63,538 nt of DNA, filler included, from Ministeria vibrans ATCC 50519 (GCA_943704425.1; 9 parts of 9 records of this genome joined end to end with filler, not necessarily neighbours in it); one strand, 5' to 3'; counted from the whole stretch's first letter, positions 25,424 to 38,147 are shown. The notes: generated by a model from the sequence alone, not told the origin. Made by a program: numbers and translations.

Positions 25424-27365
25424 TGTGACTTGTGGTGTGAGGGATAAAAACAAATGAGAACAAAAATCAATCATAATAATAATTTTTTTATTATTATTAA
25501 TCAATAAGAAGAAGAACGATAATGAAATTTACCCTATAAACCCTATGAAATGATTCTCCCTCCCAGAGGGATATGGTGTATTTGGTACCTATCACGTCAC
25601 TTGTCCGGCTATCAATCAACCTGTCTTTGCTCCTTCTCGATGCTTCTGTAGCTTAGAAAGCGGTTCTGAGCTGTTTGTATTGTCGCTTTTCTCTTCATTG
25701 GCAAAGAATAAGTAATATTATTCTCATTATTATTCTTCTTCTTTAATGAATGGACGACATCCGAAATTCGCCGTTGGTTCTTATATCCTTCAATTTCATT
25801 AATCATTTCATTCATTTGTCGAGAACTGGGCAAAAGGCTTTGTAAAACATTTTGAAAGCGTCTCCTGGAAAAAACGAAGCAACGACGCGAGATGGGACCT
25901 AGGGTAGCGCTGTTAGAACGGAGAGGAGGGGGGGCTATCTATGACGTGACAGTTTGAAAAGTTGGCAAGAATTCGTCTGGGCCGTGCCGACAGACGAAAA
26001 GCCCTTGAGGGTTTTACTTCGATAGTGTATAAACGAAACAATTCTCTTTGGGGAACGAACTACTTTGGAATTTTTTTGGAATGTAAAATTCGGATGGATT
26101 TCGGATCTTCCAATTCTCACAGTCGGCACAGTGACACACTCATCATTTCTTTTTACTCGTTGCCCCAAATATCAGATTAGCATTTAGCAGCACTCAGTCA
26201 AACAGTAAGCATGCGCGGGGGTTCGTTTCTGTGTCACGGCCGAGAGCGACAACAAAAATTATATTGTTAAGTTAATGTTCAGTTAATGTTCCCTCCTGAG
26301 GCAAACTCGCGGTCCGCCGAGTGAGATTAGAGGTGGGCTCTTGACTTTGTGTGTGCTGAGGGTTGGGGTTGCGGCTGAGACTGGCTGTCTTGTGTGAGGA
26401 TTGTTACTTTTTGTAGCTTTGCATTTTTTTTTCCTTTTCTTTTTTTTTTTTCGCCTCACTCTGCTCGCCGGCCGACCGTGAGCTGCCCTGTGTGCCTTGA
26501 CACATTCTAAGTATGTGGGTAGTGTGGTGGCGGGTGCGATGCGATGGCGGGCGACGTCGTTCTTGCGTGGTGTCGTTGAAGTGTCGTTCTCGCCGTTGTT
26601 ATCGTCTGAAAAAAAGTAGTGACATACGTTTCTCATTAATATCGCTCCTCGGTTTGCCGCCGGTGCCGCGATAGCTGCTGTGTGTTTGCCAGTTTGATGT
26701 GTTACGACTTACAAGGTTTTGATCGTGGACGGGGCCTGCTGTTTCCTGCGAGAGTGTTTGATGCCTGTATTTTAAGCTGTCTCCGGGGGTTGGGGGCTGG
26801 CTGTGTTTAGCGCTCGCTTGGTCGTGCATGACCCTTGGAAAATGAAAGTCATGTCGATTGTGTTTCGGTTATTTGCGTGGTGTGCAGAAGGTGGGAAGGT
26901 GTTGGATGACGGTGCGTTTGTTTGGGTGTCTCCCATTTGCACTTTTTCTATTGGCTGCCTGTGACGCGTAGGACTGGTCGGCAATAAAAATACCCCCTCC
27001 CCTCCTCTCCTTTGGTTTTTTTTGCCTGGCCTTTCCAGTAGTCTCTCTTTCCTGATGTTTACCGTTGGCATGTTTGCTTGGCGTTCATTTTCCACGCCTG
27101 TGTCTCTCCCCATGGTCATTGAAGTCTCAACCTAAAAAATATTAAGCAAGGACATATTTTTGTGTTTCGTCGCGCCTGCGAATTCTGCACAACTATCGCG
27201 CCCTCCGTTGCATACATCTTGTTTGTGGCTAGTCATAATGTCATTTTCCCATTAAAAAAGCACGGGTTTGTTCATAAGAGGACGCCCTAGGGGTAATAGA
27301 GCGTAGAAGCTTCAATTGACCCTTTTTGTGCTTTTTCTTGAAGGACAAACCCAAACAACGCAAGA

Positions 27366-29509
27366 ATGGCGGATCTCGGTGCAGGACTTGCGATTGACTC
27401 TATTATCAAAGCAGCGCGTTATGTGATGGAGGCGCGTCGACGCCAGAAAAACCTTAACCATGATGCGAATGAGCTTGCGGTAAGAGACTCAACGCCCATT
27501 CCCCTTCTAACAGAAAAATATCCGTGGATATATGCCACTGACAAGAAAGACGTCATGTTGTATCTTCTGCGCTTACCCAGTCTGTATGTTGATCAGTATG
27601 TGTGATGCAACACCGGATACACTCCTTTCGCTTACACCCCTTTTCCTTGTTCCTTCAAATTTCTTTCAAATTTCTCCCGCTCGTATTGAACCCATATTCG
27701 TGTGGACTTGCAGGTCTCACCTTCGTCTCACTTCTTAGAACGCAATGCGAATCACATACGATAATGTTCTTGAACCCGCTCGTCAGCGCATGGTAGGCGT
27801 GGAGGCTTCGGCAGCCTGGAGTGCGCTGGCGGGTACCATCAATGACTGCAAAGCGCTTCTTCGTCGCAAAGCGAAGGAAAAAGGCAACTTGGAGTACACG
27901 ACGGCCGACACAGAGCTAGTCATCCGTCTGAAGAACCAGCTCAAGGAGTACTCGCAAGAAGTGCAGACCTTTGTTGACATCCGCATCAAGAAGCAAGAGG
28001 AAGAAGCGAAACTTCACCCCGAGTTGGATCTTCGTGATCCGAAAGCCCTTCTCGCACTGCCGGGTGTCGCTCAGCACATGGTCAACTATTTCCGCAGCAA
28101 CCCCAACGCGGCAATTGGTAAGTGCCAAACAATGACAATTATTTTGTTGCTAAAGACGTTGTGTTTTCCCAAAGAACACGAGTATGCATCGCTCGATGCA
28201 CTGCGTGACACTCTGACGGACAAGGGAGTGGACGGAATCCAGCTGATTGTTGCCCTCGACTTCACCAAGGTACTGAAACAAACACCAAGCAAAATATAAT
28301 AGCATACTTTTTCAGAGCAACATGACCAGCGGCCGTAAGTCGTTTGGAGAGCCCCTTCACAGTACGAAAACTCGTAGTAGATAAACTGATATTATTGCTC
28401 TAAAATTACGTCTTTTGTTTTCAGCGATCAGTGATCAGCGCCAGAATCCTTATCAGCGGGTAAAGCGAGAGACAATAGAGAAGGATAAGAAAAAATGGAG
28501 AGAGGGAGAAGAGAGAGAGAGAGTGTGTGTGGAAAAAGAAACAAAGTGATAGAAAGAGAGCATGGAAAAAGAAACAAAGACTAGTGATAGAGAGAGAGGG
28601 TGTGGAAAAAGAAACAAAGTGATAGAGAGAGAGCNNNNNNNNNNNNNNNNNNNNNNNNNNNNNNNNNNNNNNNNNNNNNNNNNNNNNNNNNNNNNNNNNN
28701 NNNNNNNNNNNNNNNNNNNNNNNNNNNNNNNNNNNNNNNNNNNNNNNNNNNNNNNNNNNNNNNNNNNNNNNNNNNNNNNNNNNNNNNNNNNNNNNNNNNN
28801 NNNNNNNNNNNNNNNNNNNNNNNNNNNNNNNNNNNNNNNNNNNNNNNNNNNNNNNNNNNNNNNNNNNNNNNNNNNNNNNNNNNNCCCCCCCCCCCCCCCC
28901 CCCAAGGAGTGCATTGATGCGATTGTGGAGGCATCGCACTACCCCTTGAGCATTGTCTGTGTGGGAGTGGGCGACGGTCCCTGGGACAAGATGCGCAAGT
29001 TTGACGATCGCATTGAAGGTCGAGAGTTTGACAACTTTGATTTTGTGGAGTACGATCCGCAGGTGAGCGCAAAAATAATAATAATAAATAAATAAAATAT
29101 AATTATTATTATTATTATAGTAATAATAATAATAATTATTATTATTATTATTATTGTTATTATTCGTATTATTCGTACTATTCTTGTTATTTGTATTATT
29201 CGTATTATTCGTATTATTATTATCATTATTATTATTCGTATTAATAATAAATAAATAAATAAAATAATAATTATTATTATTATTTTTTATAATATTATTA
29301 TTATTATTATTGCTATTAATATTCGTATTATTAATTATTACTTTTCTCGATTCTATTTACTTTCTTATTGATTACTTTTATTATAGGTTCACGTTGACTC
29401 TGCTTCGCTTTGCAAGGATATTCTCAAGGAGATTCCCGAGCAGTACACGCGAATCACAACCCTCAGTCTGTTTGATAAGCTGGCAATTGAGAACAAAAAC
29501 GCGAAGTAA
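27366..29509 (+). CDS. RGLG-type copine VWA protein without RING, with ~140-aa helical N-terminal domain; middle exons hidden in N gap
   Basis: LIVALDFTK|[60 protein letters not shown]; TAA at 29507-29509. Confidence 0.85.
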
Positions 29510-29808
29510 TAAAGTATCTCAACGAACTCTGGAAAATGTGATACCCCGGTATTTTAATTGTCGACTCGAGCCACACTTGATCGTGAAGGGGCGGGAAGTA
29601 CATAGTGTGTATGTTGTTTTTGAGAGTTGTATGTGTACTGAAACTGAACCTAAATTTTACGGGCGGGATATGAAGGAAAGAGGTTATTGATGCACAGAAT
29701 GTGCCGAGACGCGTAGTAGTATTGATTGCTTGGCACTTACCACTTTCATCTTTCGATTGACGTGGTTGCGCTCTCTCGTCCCATCCGCGTTTTTTTCTTA
29801 GCATCGTA

Positions 29809-31525
29809 TTTTTTGGAAGTTCTAGGGCAAAAGCTTCATTGTACAAGACAAGATAAACCAATCATTCAAAGCGGCTGCTTCACCTTCGCAGGAGCCGAGT
29901 CGGGCGTTTCGAAAGACTTTTTCTTTTTGAAAACCAAAATGCAGAGCCGTTCAGCACCGCTGGAACCGGGCATGCTTCCCTTTGGCGATATAATTGCCCC
30001 GAGTAGACTGATGATGTGTACTTGTGTGGCACGCGATGACGGCTACAATGAAGCTTTTGCCCCTAGGGACTTCCAAAAAAAAAAAAAAGAATGACACTCT
30101 GTGCGATCGACGAGCCCATTTCGGACAAGCTGACGGCGGATCTTGAGCGACGTCTGTGGAGGGAGTGGGGCCAACACAGAACACAAGGCACAGTGGTCAG
30201 ACTATGTGACCATGAGTGGTGGTGTGCAGCGGTGGGTCGCAGGCTCTTCCCGACAAAGCGAAGGTTCCTAGTCAGGCTGTTGGGTGTTATTCTACCGGCA
30301 GCAAGTGTACAGCACAGGAGGGGCCTGTTTACTTGCTTGGGTGAATGGCTCTGCATGAAAGTCTCTTGGAATGTCCGTTTCGGCCCATGCGGGGGTGAAG
30401 CAGCCGCTTTGGATGGTTAGATTGTCTTGTACAATGAAGCTTTTGCCCTAGGAACTTCCAGAAAAAAATTATTGTCCCACTTTGTCCTTTCCTTTTTGAC
30501 GTGCGTTAATTTTTAGTTACAATCACCTAAGTGTCTCCAGCTGCAGAGCTTTGGGTGAACGGCCCTGCATGCTAGATTGTCTTGTACACTGAAGCTTTCA
30601 TCCTAGGTTTTCAAAAAAAAAAAAGTCGTTTGAAATGTCTGCTTCCTCTTATGCGAGTTGTACAATGAATTCAGCTTTAGCGCTAAATAGAACTCCCCAA
30701 AAAAAACGGTTTATCCGTCGTCTCCTTCTGCGTTCATAGCCTTTTGCTGCCCGTTGACTGATAAGGGCGGTTTGGACAATTCATGCTTTCAAAGATTCTT
30801 CAAGGGTCTAATTTGTACACAATTTCACCGTATGAAGTGTTTTAGTGTAAAGTATATCTGTCTGATTTCGCATGATACATTGTTTCAATATATTGAACGT
30901 TTGAGTATGTTATATAAGGCGAAAGTAATCCACATTACGATTCTGCTTTAACACGGCTTATTGCACGATTATCAAATTTTCAAAAATCAAACGTCGACTG
31001 TAATTTTATAAAACATCTTGCTGTGTTAACAACATTGTGAGCGGCCCTGCGACCGGAGATGACGGTGCATGCGGGACACATCACTTTTGAGCACGTCAAG
31101 GTTTCACGATTGGGAGGCAGGAGACGGGCGCGAACCGGACTGGCGGGAGAGGGCGAGCGATGAGCTGGCCAAGGAGGGGTGTCAATTGAAGTGCACGAGC
31201 ATTTTCAGTCTGAGGCGATTCAACGGCGAAGAAAGACAGTTTTTTTTTTTTTTTTGGAAGTCCTAGCTAGGGCAAAAGCTTCATTGTACAAGACAATCTA
31301 GCCATCCGAAGCGGCTGCTTTACCCCCGCATGGGCCGAAGCGGAGATTCCGAGAGACTTGCATACAGAAAAGAACATTGTGGGGAAAGATGGGACAGAAC
31401 AGTCCATGAGAAGCGACAATTACGGACGAGTTCCTCTTAATTTTTTTTGGAAGTCCTAGGGCAAATGCTTCATTGTACAAGACAATCTAATCATCCGAAG
31501 CGGCTGCTTCACCTCCGCATGAGCC
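29809..31525. mobile_element. Cluster of 5'-truncated non-LTR retroelement 3' ends (about 7 copies, both orientations) plus an RNase H-like remnant
   Basis: Shared end ...GATTGTCTTGTACAATGAAGCTTTTGCCCTAGGAACTTCC-(A)n; copies ~29809-29953(-), 30045-30088(+), ~30100-30468(+), 30550-30624(+), 30658-30706(+, degenerate), 31240-31368(-), 31441-31525(-); frameshifted HITFEHVK..H...ASDELAKEG at ~31075-31182. Confidence 0.6.
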
Positions 31526-31734
31526 CTCTTAATTGATCGCCAGAAATAAAGTGCGCATTAAGAGGCAAGATGAACAATCTCGACCTGGTGAGGCATGAAA
31601 GCACGAAGGACAGAGGACCGTGTGTGCAGAAGAAGAGAAAAAGAAGAGGAAAGTTTACTCTCAATATTCAAAGTCCCCTGGAAAAAGGTTCACTTTTTAA
31701 AAAAAATCAGAAATAGAAAATGAAAAGAATACTC

Positions 31735-33015
31735 TCAAGAAGTCGCCCACAACACGCCGGACCACACATAGAACACCAGGTAAACCGACAAAACGGCAAG
31801 GAGCACTATCCATTTTTGATTGTGTCCCTCCAGCGCTGATGTGTAGTACTTGCCCAAGATCGAGGCTTCCATCTTATCAAAGTTGCGCTTGTCCGGCTCA
31901 CGGAGGTACACCAGTGATGAAAGCACCACTCCGAGAGCAAGACCAAATGGAAGGGGCTTAAACGCTGTGTGAAACTGTCCCAGGCCAGGAAGGTAGAAGA
32001 AGCAGAGCTGCAACGTGCCGCCAAAGGCACTGGCCATGGCATTGTAGATGGCACTCTGATCGAGCGCAATGACGCCCGACGTGATGGTATACACGTACGA
32101 AGCAACGACCATCAGCACCCAAAAGAGAATCTTGGGCTGCGCGAAGATGCGCACATCAATGAGGTTGAACAAGGAGGCAGCAGGTGCATTGTTAGCCGGA
32201 TAACTCAGCGAGTAGGCGGCAATGGGCAAGCCAAGCAGGCAACACAAAATGCCGTAACAGTTGGCGCAGAAATTCAGCATGACGACCTCTTCAACAGAGC
32301 GAAAAGTGGGCTGCTCTGTCTCTTCCGCGTAACTTCCGTCACCGTCGTGCTTGTTTACATTGGTCCGCATCTGCTTCTCAAAACGACGACGTTTTACTTT
32401 AAGTAGAGTCTCCGTGGAAAGACTCGCGAGACCAGATGCAATGGAATTGGCGGCAAACACAATCGCCCAGAAAACAACTTCTTTCTTTGGCTCCTCAGAT
32501 GTCTGAACCTCCACAGCAACGCTTGCAATGCCAAAGGCGACTCCGCTGCAAATGCATACGACCTTTTCCTTTGTCAAAATAATGCCCACAAATTTCCAGT
32601 CGATGATGGCGATCAGCACGGATTGCATTTGGGCAAGTACGACTTGTATGACGTTGGGCACGTAAGGCGCGGAGAGCAGAATAAAAATGTAATTCATCGA
32701 CCAAAGAAGTCCAATGAGAGCATACTCGCGCCATTGTTTCAGCTCACTCCAAACGTGACGCAGGGATAGACGGTAGTAGAAAAGCAAGGTGAGAAGAAAG
32801 AGGAGGTCAAACGTCGCAATGTAGAGAGTCGTCAGAAGCCACTGATTGAGTGGAAACGACGTGGATTCCATCACAATCGCCGATCCCATACTTGCCATGG
32901 AGAAAGAGAGCACCACAAGGATGGTAAATGTTTGCCATGGGCTATAGCGACTCGTGGTAATCTGAGGCGAGTCAGCGAGCGTAGATTCCGTAATGAGAAA
33001 ATCTTTCTCCGACAT
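31735..33015 (-). CDS. Intronless CRT-like / DMT-superfamily membrane transporter
   Basis: 426-aa ORF with ~10-11 hydrophobic segments; YALIGLLWSMNYIFILLSAPYVPNVIQVVLAQ and FWAIVFAANSIASGLASLSTE fit CRT-like/EamA proteins. Confidence 0.7.
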   Translation of the reverse strand: MSEKDFLITESTLADSPQITTSRYSPWQTFTILVVLSFSMASMGSAIVMESTSFPLNQWLLTTLYIATFDLLFLLTLLFYYRLSLRHVWSELKQWREYALIGLLWSMNYIFILLSAPYVPNVIQVVLAQMQSVLIAIIDWKFVGIILTKEKVVCICSGVAFGIASVAVEVQTSEEPKKEVVFWAIVFAANSIASGLASLSTETLLKVKRRRFEKQMRTNVNKHDGDGSYAEETEQPTFRSVEEVVMLNFCANCYGILCCLLGLPIAAYSLSYPANNAPAASLFNLIDVRIFAQPKILFWVLMVVASYVYTITSGVIALDQSAIYNAMASAFGGTLQLCFFYLPGLGQFHTAFKPLPFGLALGVVLSSLVYLREPDKRNFDKMEASILGKYYTSALEGHNQKWIVLLAVLSVYLVFYVWSGVLWATS

Positions 33016-34604
33016 GATGAGATGGCTATAAAAAAGTAGGAACCCCCAAGAGGGTCGTCACTGTGAGTCGTACGGTAAAGGGGCAATTTATCGAATTTAA
33101 GTGTGATATTTCAAGTCTTGACAACGGCATTCAATGAATACGAGACGAGATTTCCAGCGGCATTGGCCACTTCCTCCCCCTGGCCAGCCAGGCCTGTATA
33201 GTGTTTGTTGTCTCAAATTCCTCAATGTTTGTAACCCACACGTAAAAAATGTCACACAAGACACGACGGGTTACTACATACACTCGTCTTTTGTGTTGGG
33301 GTGAAATTCAGTGGAGGGAAAAAATTGTTGGCAAAAATAAAAAAAAACAACACAGAGACGTCGGTGTGGCGAATCTTGGCAAAGTGCTCAGATGGAATCA
33401 CTATTTCCGAATGAAGCACAAAGGAGAATCGGCTGGTATGTACTTGCGGGAAAGAGATAGCGTTTTTTTTGATTGCAATTTTAATGTTGTTGACGGTATG
33501 AAAAATGTTTGACAAAGAAAAAGATTTTGGGGTGATGATCTCTAAGCAAACGTGTTGGATTGAAGTCACTATTTACCAAAAACAGCAAACTAGGAGCGAG
33601 CGGCTTGAAATACAAGAGAGGAAGGCGTGTTGTTTTTTGGACGATTTTCTTTGTTTGGCCAACTGGGGGGGGGGGGGGGTGGGGCCAACGAAGCAAAACA
33701 ACTTTCCTGTCGCGGCCGAAGCTAAGGGGCCAGCTTGATGTCATGAGTTACGACTTGGTGACTACCATTGGCGTTTTTTTTTGGGTTTGGTGAGCATTGG
33801 GACGAATACATTGCGTGAAAAATAAGCGAAAAAAAACACCCCCGACAAAACGGCGCACAAAATTATCCACTGTCCACTCTCATCTCGCGTGAAACAACAC
33901 AATAAACAGAAACAAAGGAAGTTCAAAAGAACCAGCGCTTGAACTCATGAAAATGGGGGTTTAGGTACGACAATAACAGAGAGTGAGCAGTGTGGGTTTC
34001 AAAAAAGAGCAAACAGCGCCTCATCTCATTCTTTTGAGACACAACAATGAAACGTACTCTGAATTTGTTGAGGGCTCAAAAGGTTCAAAAAAGTGACGAA
34101 CTTGAAGTGAACAGTGGAAGCTCAAGCAAGTAGAAAAAGGCAAGGGCGCTCAACTGCGGATTGAAATACTGACTGCAAGGCCAGCCTTTGTGCGTAGCGC
34201 GTGCATATTTAGGCCCCTGCGCTGAACTTCCGCTGTCTGGGCCTGAGTGCTTTGAGCAGACAGTCGTTGTCTGAGAGCTTGCCTTCTATGGAGGTTGGCG
34301 GGTTGCATGCTGCTTGATGTACACGATTGTGAAGCTGTGCGCGTTGAAGGCTTCGCACGCTACTACCGACACGAACCATTACAAAGACGGGTTCGTCGTC
34401 GATAGAATATTTTCGGAATATCTTCAAGGGGCGGCGCTTCACGTCGTAAACAACCCTCCAGTGCTGTTTGCCGTTTGGTTTACACACCTCTTCCTTCAGC
34501 TCGATTGTACTCTGAGTGCGAGTTTAGCCCTGCGCGAGTCTTTCCATTTTCTGCGCCAAATTGGAAGTCCCACGTTAGGCTAAGTTAGGCTAAGTAGTAG
34601 CTAC

Positions 34605-34800
34605 TTAGAGCAAAAGCTTCATTGTACAAGACAATCTACGTAGCCATTCAAAGCGGCTGCTTCACCCTCGCAGGAGCCAAAGCGGACATTCCGAGAGACT
34701 TGATGCAGAGCCGGTTGTCTCCCCTTGCCTGGACTTGGCATTCATTGTTTCGCCACACTCTCTGCACGCCCGTGCACACCCGTCTGTTGGGAGCGACGAT
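34605..34800 (-). mobile_element. Further copy of the same retroelement 3' end with degenerate zinc-knuckle coding (CRECGE...ECP)
   Basis: GCAAAAGCTTCATTGTACAAGACAATCTA...AAGCGGCTGCTTCACC...CGGACATTCCGAGAGACTT on the + strand. Confidence 0.6.
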
Positions 34801-34840
34801 CCATTTGGATTAAAGAGCCATTTCAAAGCCATTGTGATAC

Positions 34841-34875
<35 letters not shown>

Positions 34876-34876
<1 letters not shown>

Positions 34877-34969
34877 TATAATAAATTATTGTTATTATTA
34901 TTATTATTATTATTATTGTTATTATTATTATTATTATTATTATTGTTATTATTATTGTTATTATTATTA

Positions 34970-35007
<38 letters not shown>

Positions 35008-35560
35008 GTTAAACTCAAACGGGTTCGGGGCAGTGACCACAGGTGGGACAGACCTGCAGGGCTCGTTGCGCGGAGGCAATTGCAGCTGTGACTGTTTGTG
35101 CGGTTGCGACTGTGGATGCAACTGCGGGCGCATTGAATATGACGTGTTCTCTGCAGGGGACCGTTCGTAACGTGCGGGTTTGGTGGGGTGAACTAAAGAG
35201 GCAGAACCGAAAAGTGACAAATTATCAAGCAGTTCTGCTCCTTGGACAGCCGGGGCTTCAAATTTGTCCTCGAACGCGTTGATAACCGCGCGCATCTTCT
35301 CCGGTGCGCGTGCCACAAAAATAGTGAATTATTTTATAATTATAAGAAAATAAATAGAGAATCGAGAGCTGTACTCAATGTCAAAACAAAGCAGCACAAT
35401 ACTTCCGCCGTAGACTTCCAGACGAGAATATAATAATAATAATAATAATAAATTTTATGCTTAACTGTTTGTTTCGCCCACTTCACGCTGTTGCGCCATG
35501 CATCGTCTAGACCATTGGCTTCAACAACACATCTTGCTTAATATGCGCAAAGTACGAAAG
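34876..35560 (-). CDS. 3' exons of an unidentified protein, possibly ending in poly-Asn
   Basis: Open frame 35316-34876 with ordinary composition then (AAT)n; small upstream exon-like blocks; no family motif recognised. Confidence 0.35.
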
Positions 35561-35599
35561 CGGGTGGAAAGTTTGAATTCAAGAGGATCATTGCAGAGT

Positions 35600-35699
35600 N
35601 NNNNNNNNNNNNNNNNNNNNNNNNNNNNNNNNNNNNNNNNNNNTTAATTAATTAANNNNNNNNNNNNNNNNNNNNNNNNNNNNNNNNNNNNNNNNNNNN
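35600..35699. other. Artificial contig linker
   Basis: N44-TTAATTAATTAA-N44. Confidence 0.98.
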
Positions 35700-35787
<88 letters not shown>

Positions 35788-35831
35788 CACTTATGTCTAA
35801 CCTGTGTATGTGTGTGTGTGTGTCGTCATAG

Positions 35832-36836
35832 GCTGGTGACAACATTGTGTCAATCAACGAGCAGCCCATGTCTGGCACGAGCCACCACAATGCCGTCACT
35901 GCCATCAAGAACTCAGGAAACACTGTCAATCTTACTGTCTCTCGCAACAAAGGTGATAAATTAAATGCTATCATTATCGAGTTTGGCACTGACGTGGTTA
36001 CTTTTTTATTTTGTCTCTCTCGCTGTGTTTTTTTTGTCTGTACCGTGCGCAGAGGTGTCTGGGTTTCCCGATTCGATCCGAGTGAAGATGAACAAAGAGC
36101 CGGGAGTGTCTGGCTGGGGCTTTATGATGATTGGTGGCAGCGAAGCAAACCGCATTGTGACCGTCAGCAAGGTTCTTGAGGGGTCTGTAGCATCAAAGAA
36201 GGGTGCACTCAAGGTTATTATATGTGCATATTTATGGAACTCACTTTGCTCACACATACACACACACTCTCTCTCTTTCTGATTTTAGACTGGCGATGAG
36301 ATTCTGACGGTGAACGGTGAGAATGTGATTGGTCTGTCGCACCACGACGCCGTGGGACTCGTCAAGAAAGCAGGCAGTACGCTTGAGCTCACGCTGCGCC
36401 GTCGTCCAACGATGGCCAGCCGCAGTAGCAGCAAGACTAGTGGTGTTGCATTGAATGCTACCACGGCGGCAGTGACTACACCTTCTCCGGCCGCCACATC
36501 AACAGCGGCAGCCACAACAACTCCGACCAAGACCACCACGACTGAAGCTGCTGCTGCTGCTGCTCCTGTTGCCGCCGCCGCTGCTGCTACTACTACTACT
36601 GCTGCTGCTACTACTGCTGCTGCTTCCACTGCCAGTGCGAACACCAATGGTCCTCCCCCCGTTACTCCCTCTCGTGCTGCCATTCGCCGCACTTCCTCCT
36701 ACGAACTTATGTGCTCTCTCTCAGACAGGTACACCGAAAGAATTCATAGCATTGTATTGTGTCGCTCATTCCTCGTTGTTTGTTTTTATTTAGTCCTCTG
36801 GCGAAGCCTTCTGCTTTCAAGCTCGATCTCATGTGA
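35832..36836 (+). CDS. Multi-PDZ protein, 3' part (at least two PDZ domains, then Ala/Thr-rich tail)
   Basis: GDNIVSINEQPMSGTSHHNAVTAIK; GWGFMMIGG; GDEILTVNGENVIGLSHHDAVGLVK; TGA at 36834-36836. Confidence 0.88.
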
Positions 36837-37143
36837 TTGAATGAACTTTTTTGACTTTTTTTTTCCATCATTCCATTCTGTGCTTATTGGAAAAATGGAC
36901 CAACCTTGAATAGAGAAAGAAAGAGGGTCGAAATGCTTATATTCAAGTCATAATAATCCCAGTCAGTGCTCACTGACAGTCTGTCCCAGCAAAGACTCAC
37001 AAGCTTGAGTGAGAGTTGAGTCTTTTGTCTTGACTCTAAAGTCTTATCACAAATCACTGACTAAACCAAATTCTCACCTAAATCCTAATGGCTAATACAG
37101 ATTACTCACTCTGAGACACTCTCTTTTTGACTTCAACTTTGCA

Positions 37144-37188
37144 ATGTCTAGCGAACCGCTGTTGAAGGACAACGGCGCCAATGCCTAC
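37144..37188 (+). CDS. Probable first exon of a truncated gene (MSSEPLLKDNGANAY)
   Basis: ATG followed by a gtaag donor; remainder lost at contig end. Confidence 0.35.
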
Positions 37189-37595
37189 GTAAGAAACCCC
37201 CCACCCTCTATCTTAGCATTGTCTGTTCTTTTTCGAACACGCAGAGAGACAGACAGAGAAAAAAAAAATGAAAAGAACCTCTCATGCTCGCAAATCGCAC
37301 GTTATGCGATGCGTGAGAGCACAGCGACACTGCGCACGCTTCACCACGCGCCCATTGACGAAGCAGCGGCTGCGTCCGGGTCCGCTCGCGCCCGTTGGCG
37401 TCCGTCGTGTGGATGACACCGATAAAGTGCGACATGGGCGCGCCGGACGCGTCTGCTGCAGCCACGCCGCGCCCATGCGCACTCCCACTGCGCGCCCCGT
37501 CCACACATACACACACTCACACCGTCGTATCGCTTCATTTCTCTCTCCTTCTTCTTTGCTTCTTCTCCTCTTTCTCTCTCTCCTTTTTTTTTTTT

Positions 37596-37695
37596 NNNNN
37601 NNNNNNNNNNNNNNNNNNNNNNNNNNNNNNNNNNNNNNNTTAATTAATTAANNNNNNNNNNNNNNNNNNNNNNNNNNNNNNNNNNNNNNNNNNNN
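37596..37695. other. Artificial contig linker
   Basis: N44-TTAATTAATTAA-N44. Confidence 0.98.
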
Positions 37696-37757
<62 letters not shown>

Positions 37758-37794
37758 CAGTGTGTGTGTTCTCCGATCATTCACCATTGTGTAG

Positions 37795-37953
37795 TGCTGT
37801 GACACCGTGTACTACACCCGAGTGGATCTTGATGTCGAGTGCGACACTTTCTTCCCGGAACTTCCAGAGTCAGAGTGGCGGTTGGACAGTGAGCAAGAGC
37901 TGATGGAAGAGAAAGGGACCACCTTTCAGTTTCAGGTGTTCAAAAGAGTGTAA
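37795..37953 (+). CDS. DHFR: Dihydrofolate reductase last exon (monofunctional)
   Basis: Not in the ORF track: CCDTVYYTRVDLDVECDTFFPELPESEWRLDSEQELMEEKGTTFQFQVFKRV*. Confidence 0.88.
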   Translation, partial: CCDTVYYTRVDLDVECDTFFPELPESEWRLDSEQELMEEKGTTFQFQVFKRV

Positions 37954-38147
37954 CGTTCGTTAATGTTATTGCATCTTTTCTTACGTCGTCTTTCCAATGA
38001 AAACCTAGCTCGCCTAAAAGTATTCTTATAAACCCTATTACTTTTTGACGTTTCGCTCTGATAACGTCATCTTTTCCGCTCCATTCAATGAAATTATTTC
38101 ACTCAAATGAGTAATGACTCGACAATACAAATTTTTTTGTTTATCTC

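Noticed and set aside
25500-27360. Short ORFs in the 1.9-kb SLC66A2-copine spacer
   Set aside because: No family motif or host-like codon bias; may be decayed element sequence but unsupported
15849-33015. Endolysosomal gene cluster (VAC14, SLC66A2, CRT-like)
   Set aside because: Interspersed with unrelated genes; chance adjacency in a compact genome is sufficient
33240-34590. Fragmentary ORFs upstream of the CRT-like gene
   Set aside because: Short, with no recognisable domain; possibly pseudogenic but cannot be supported
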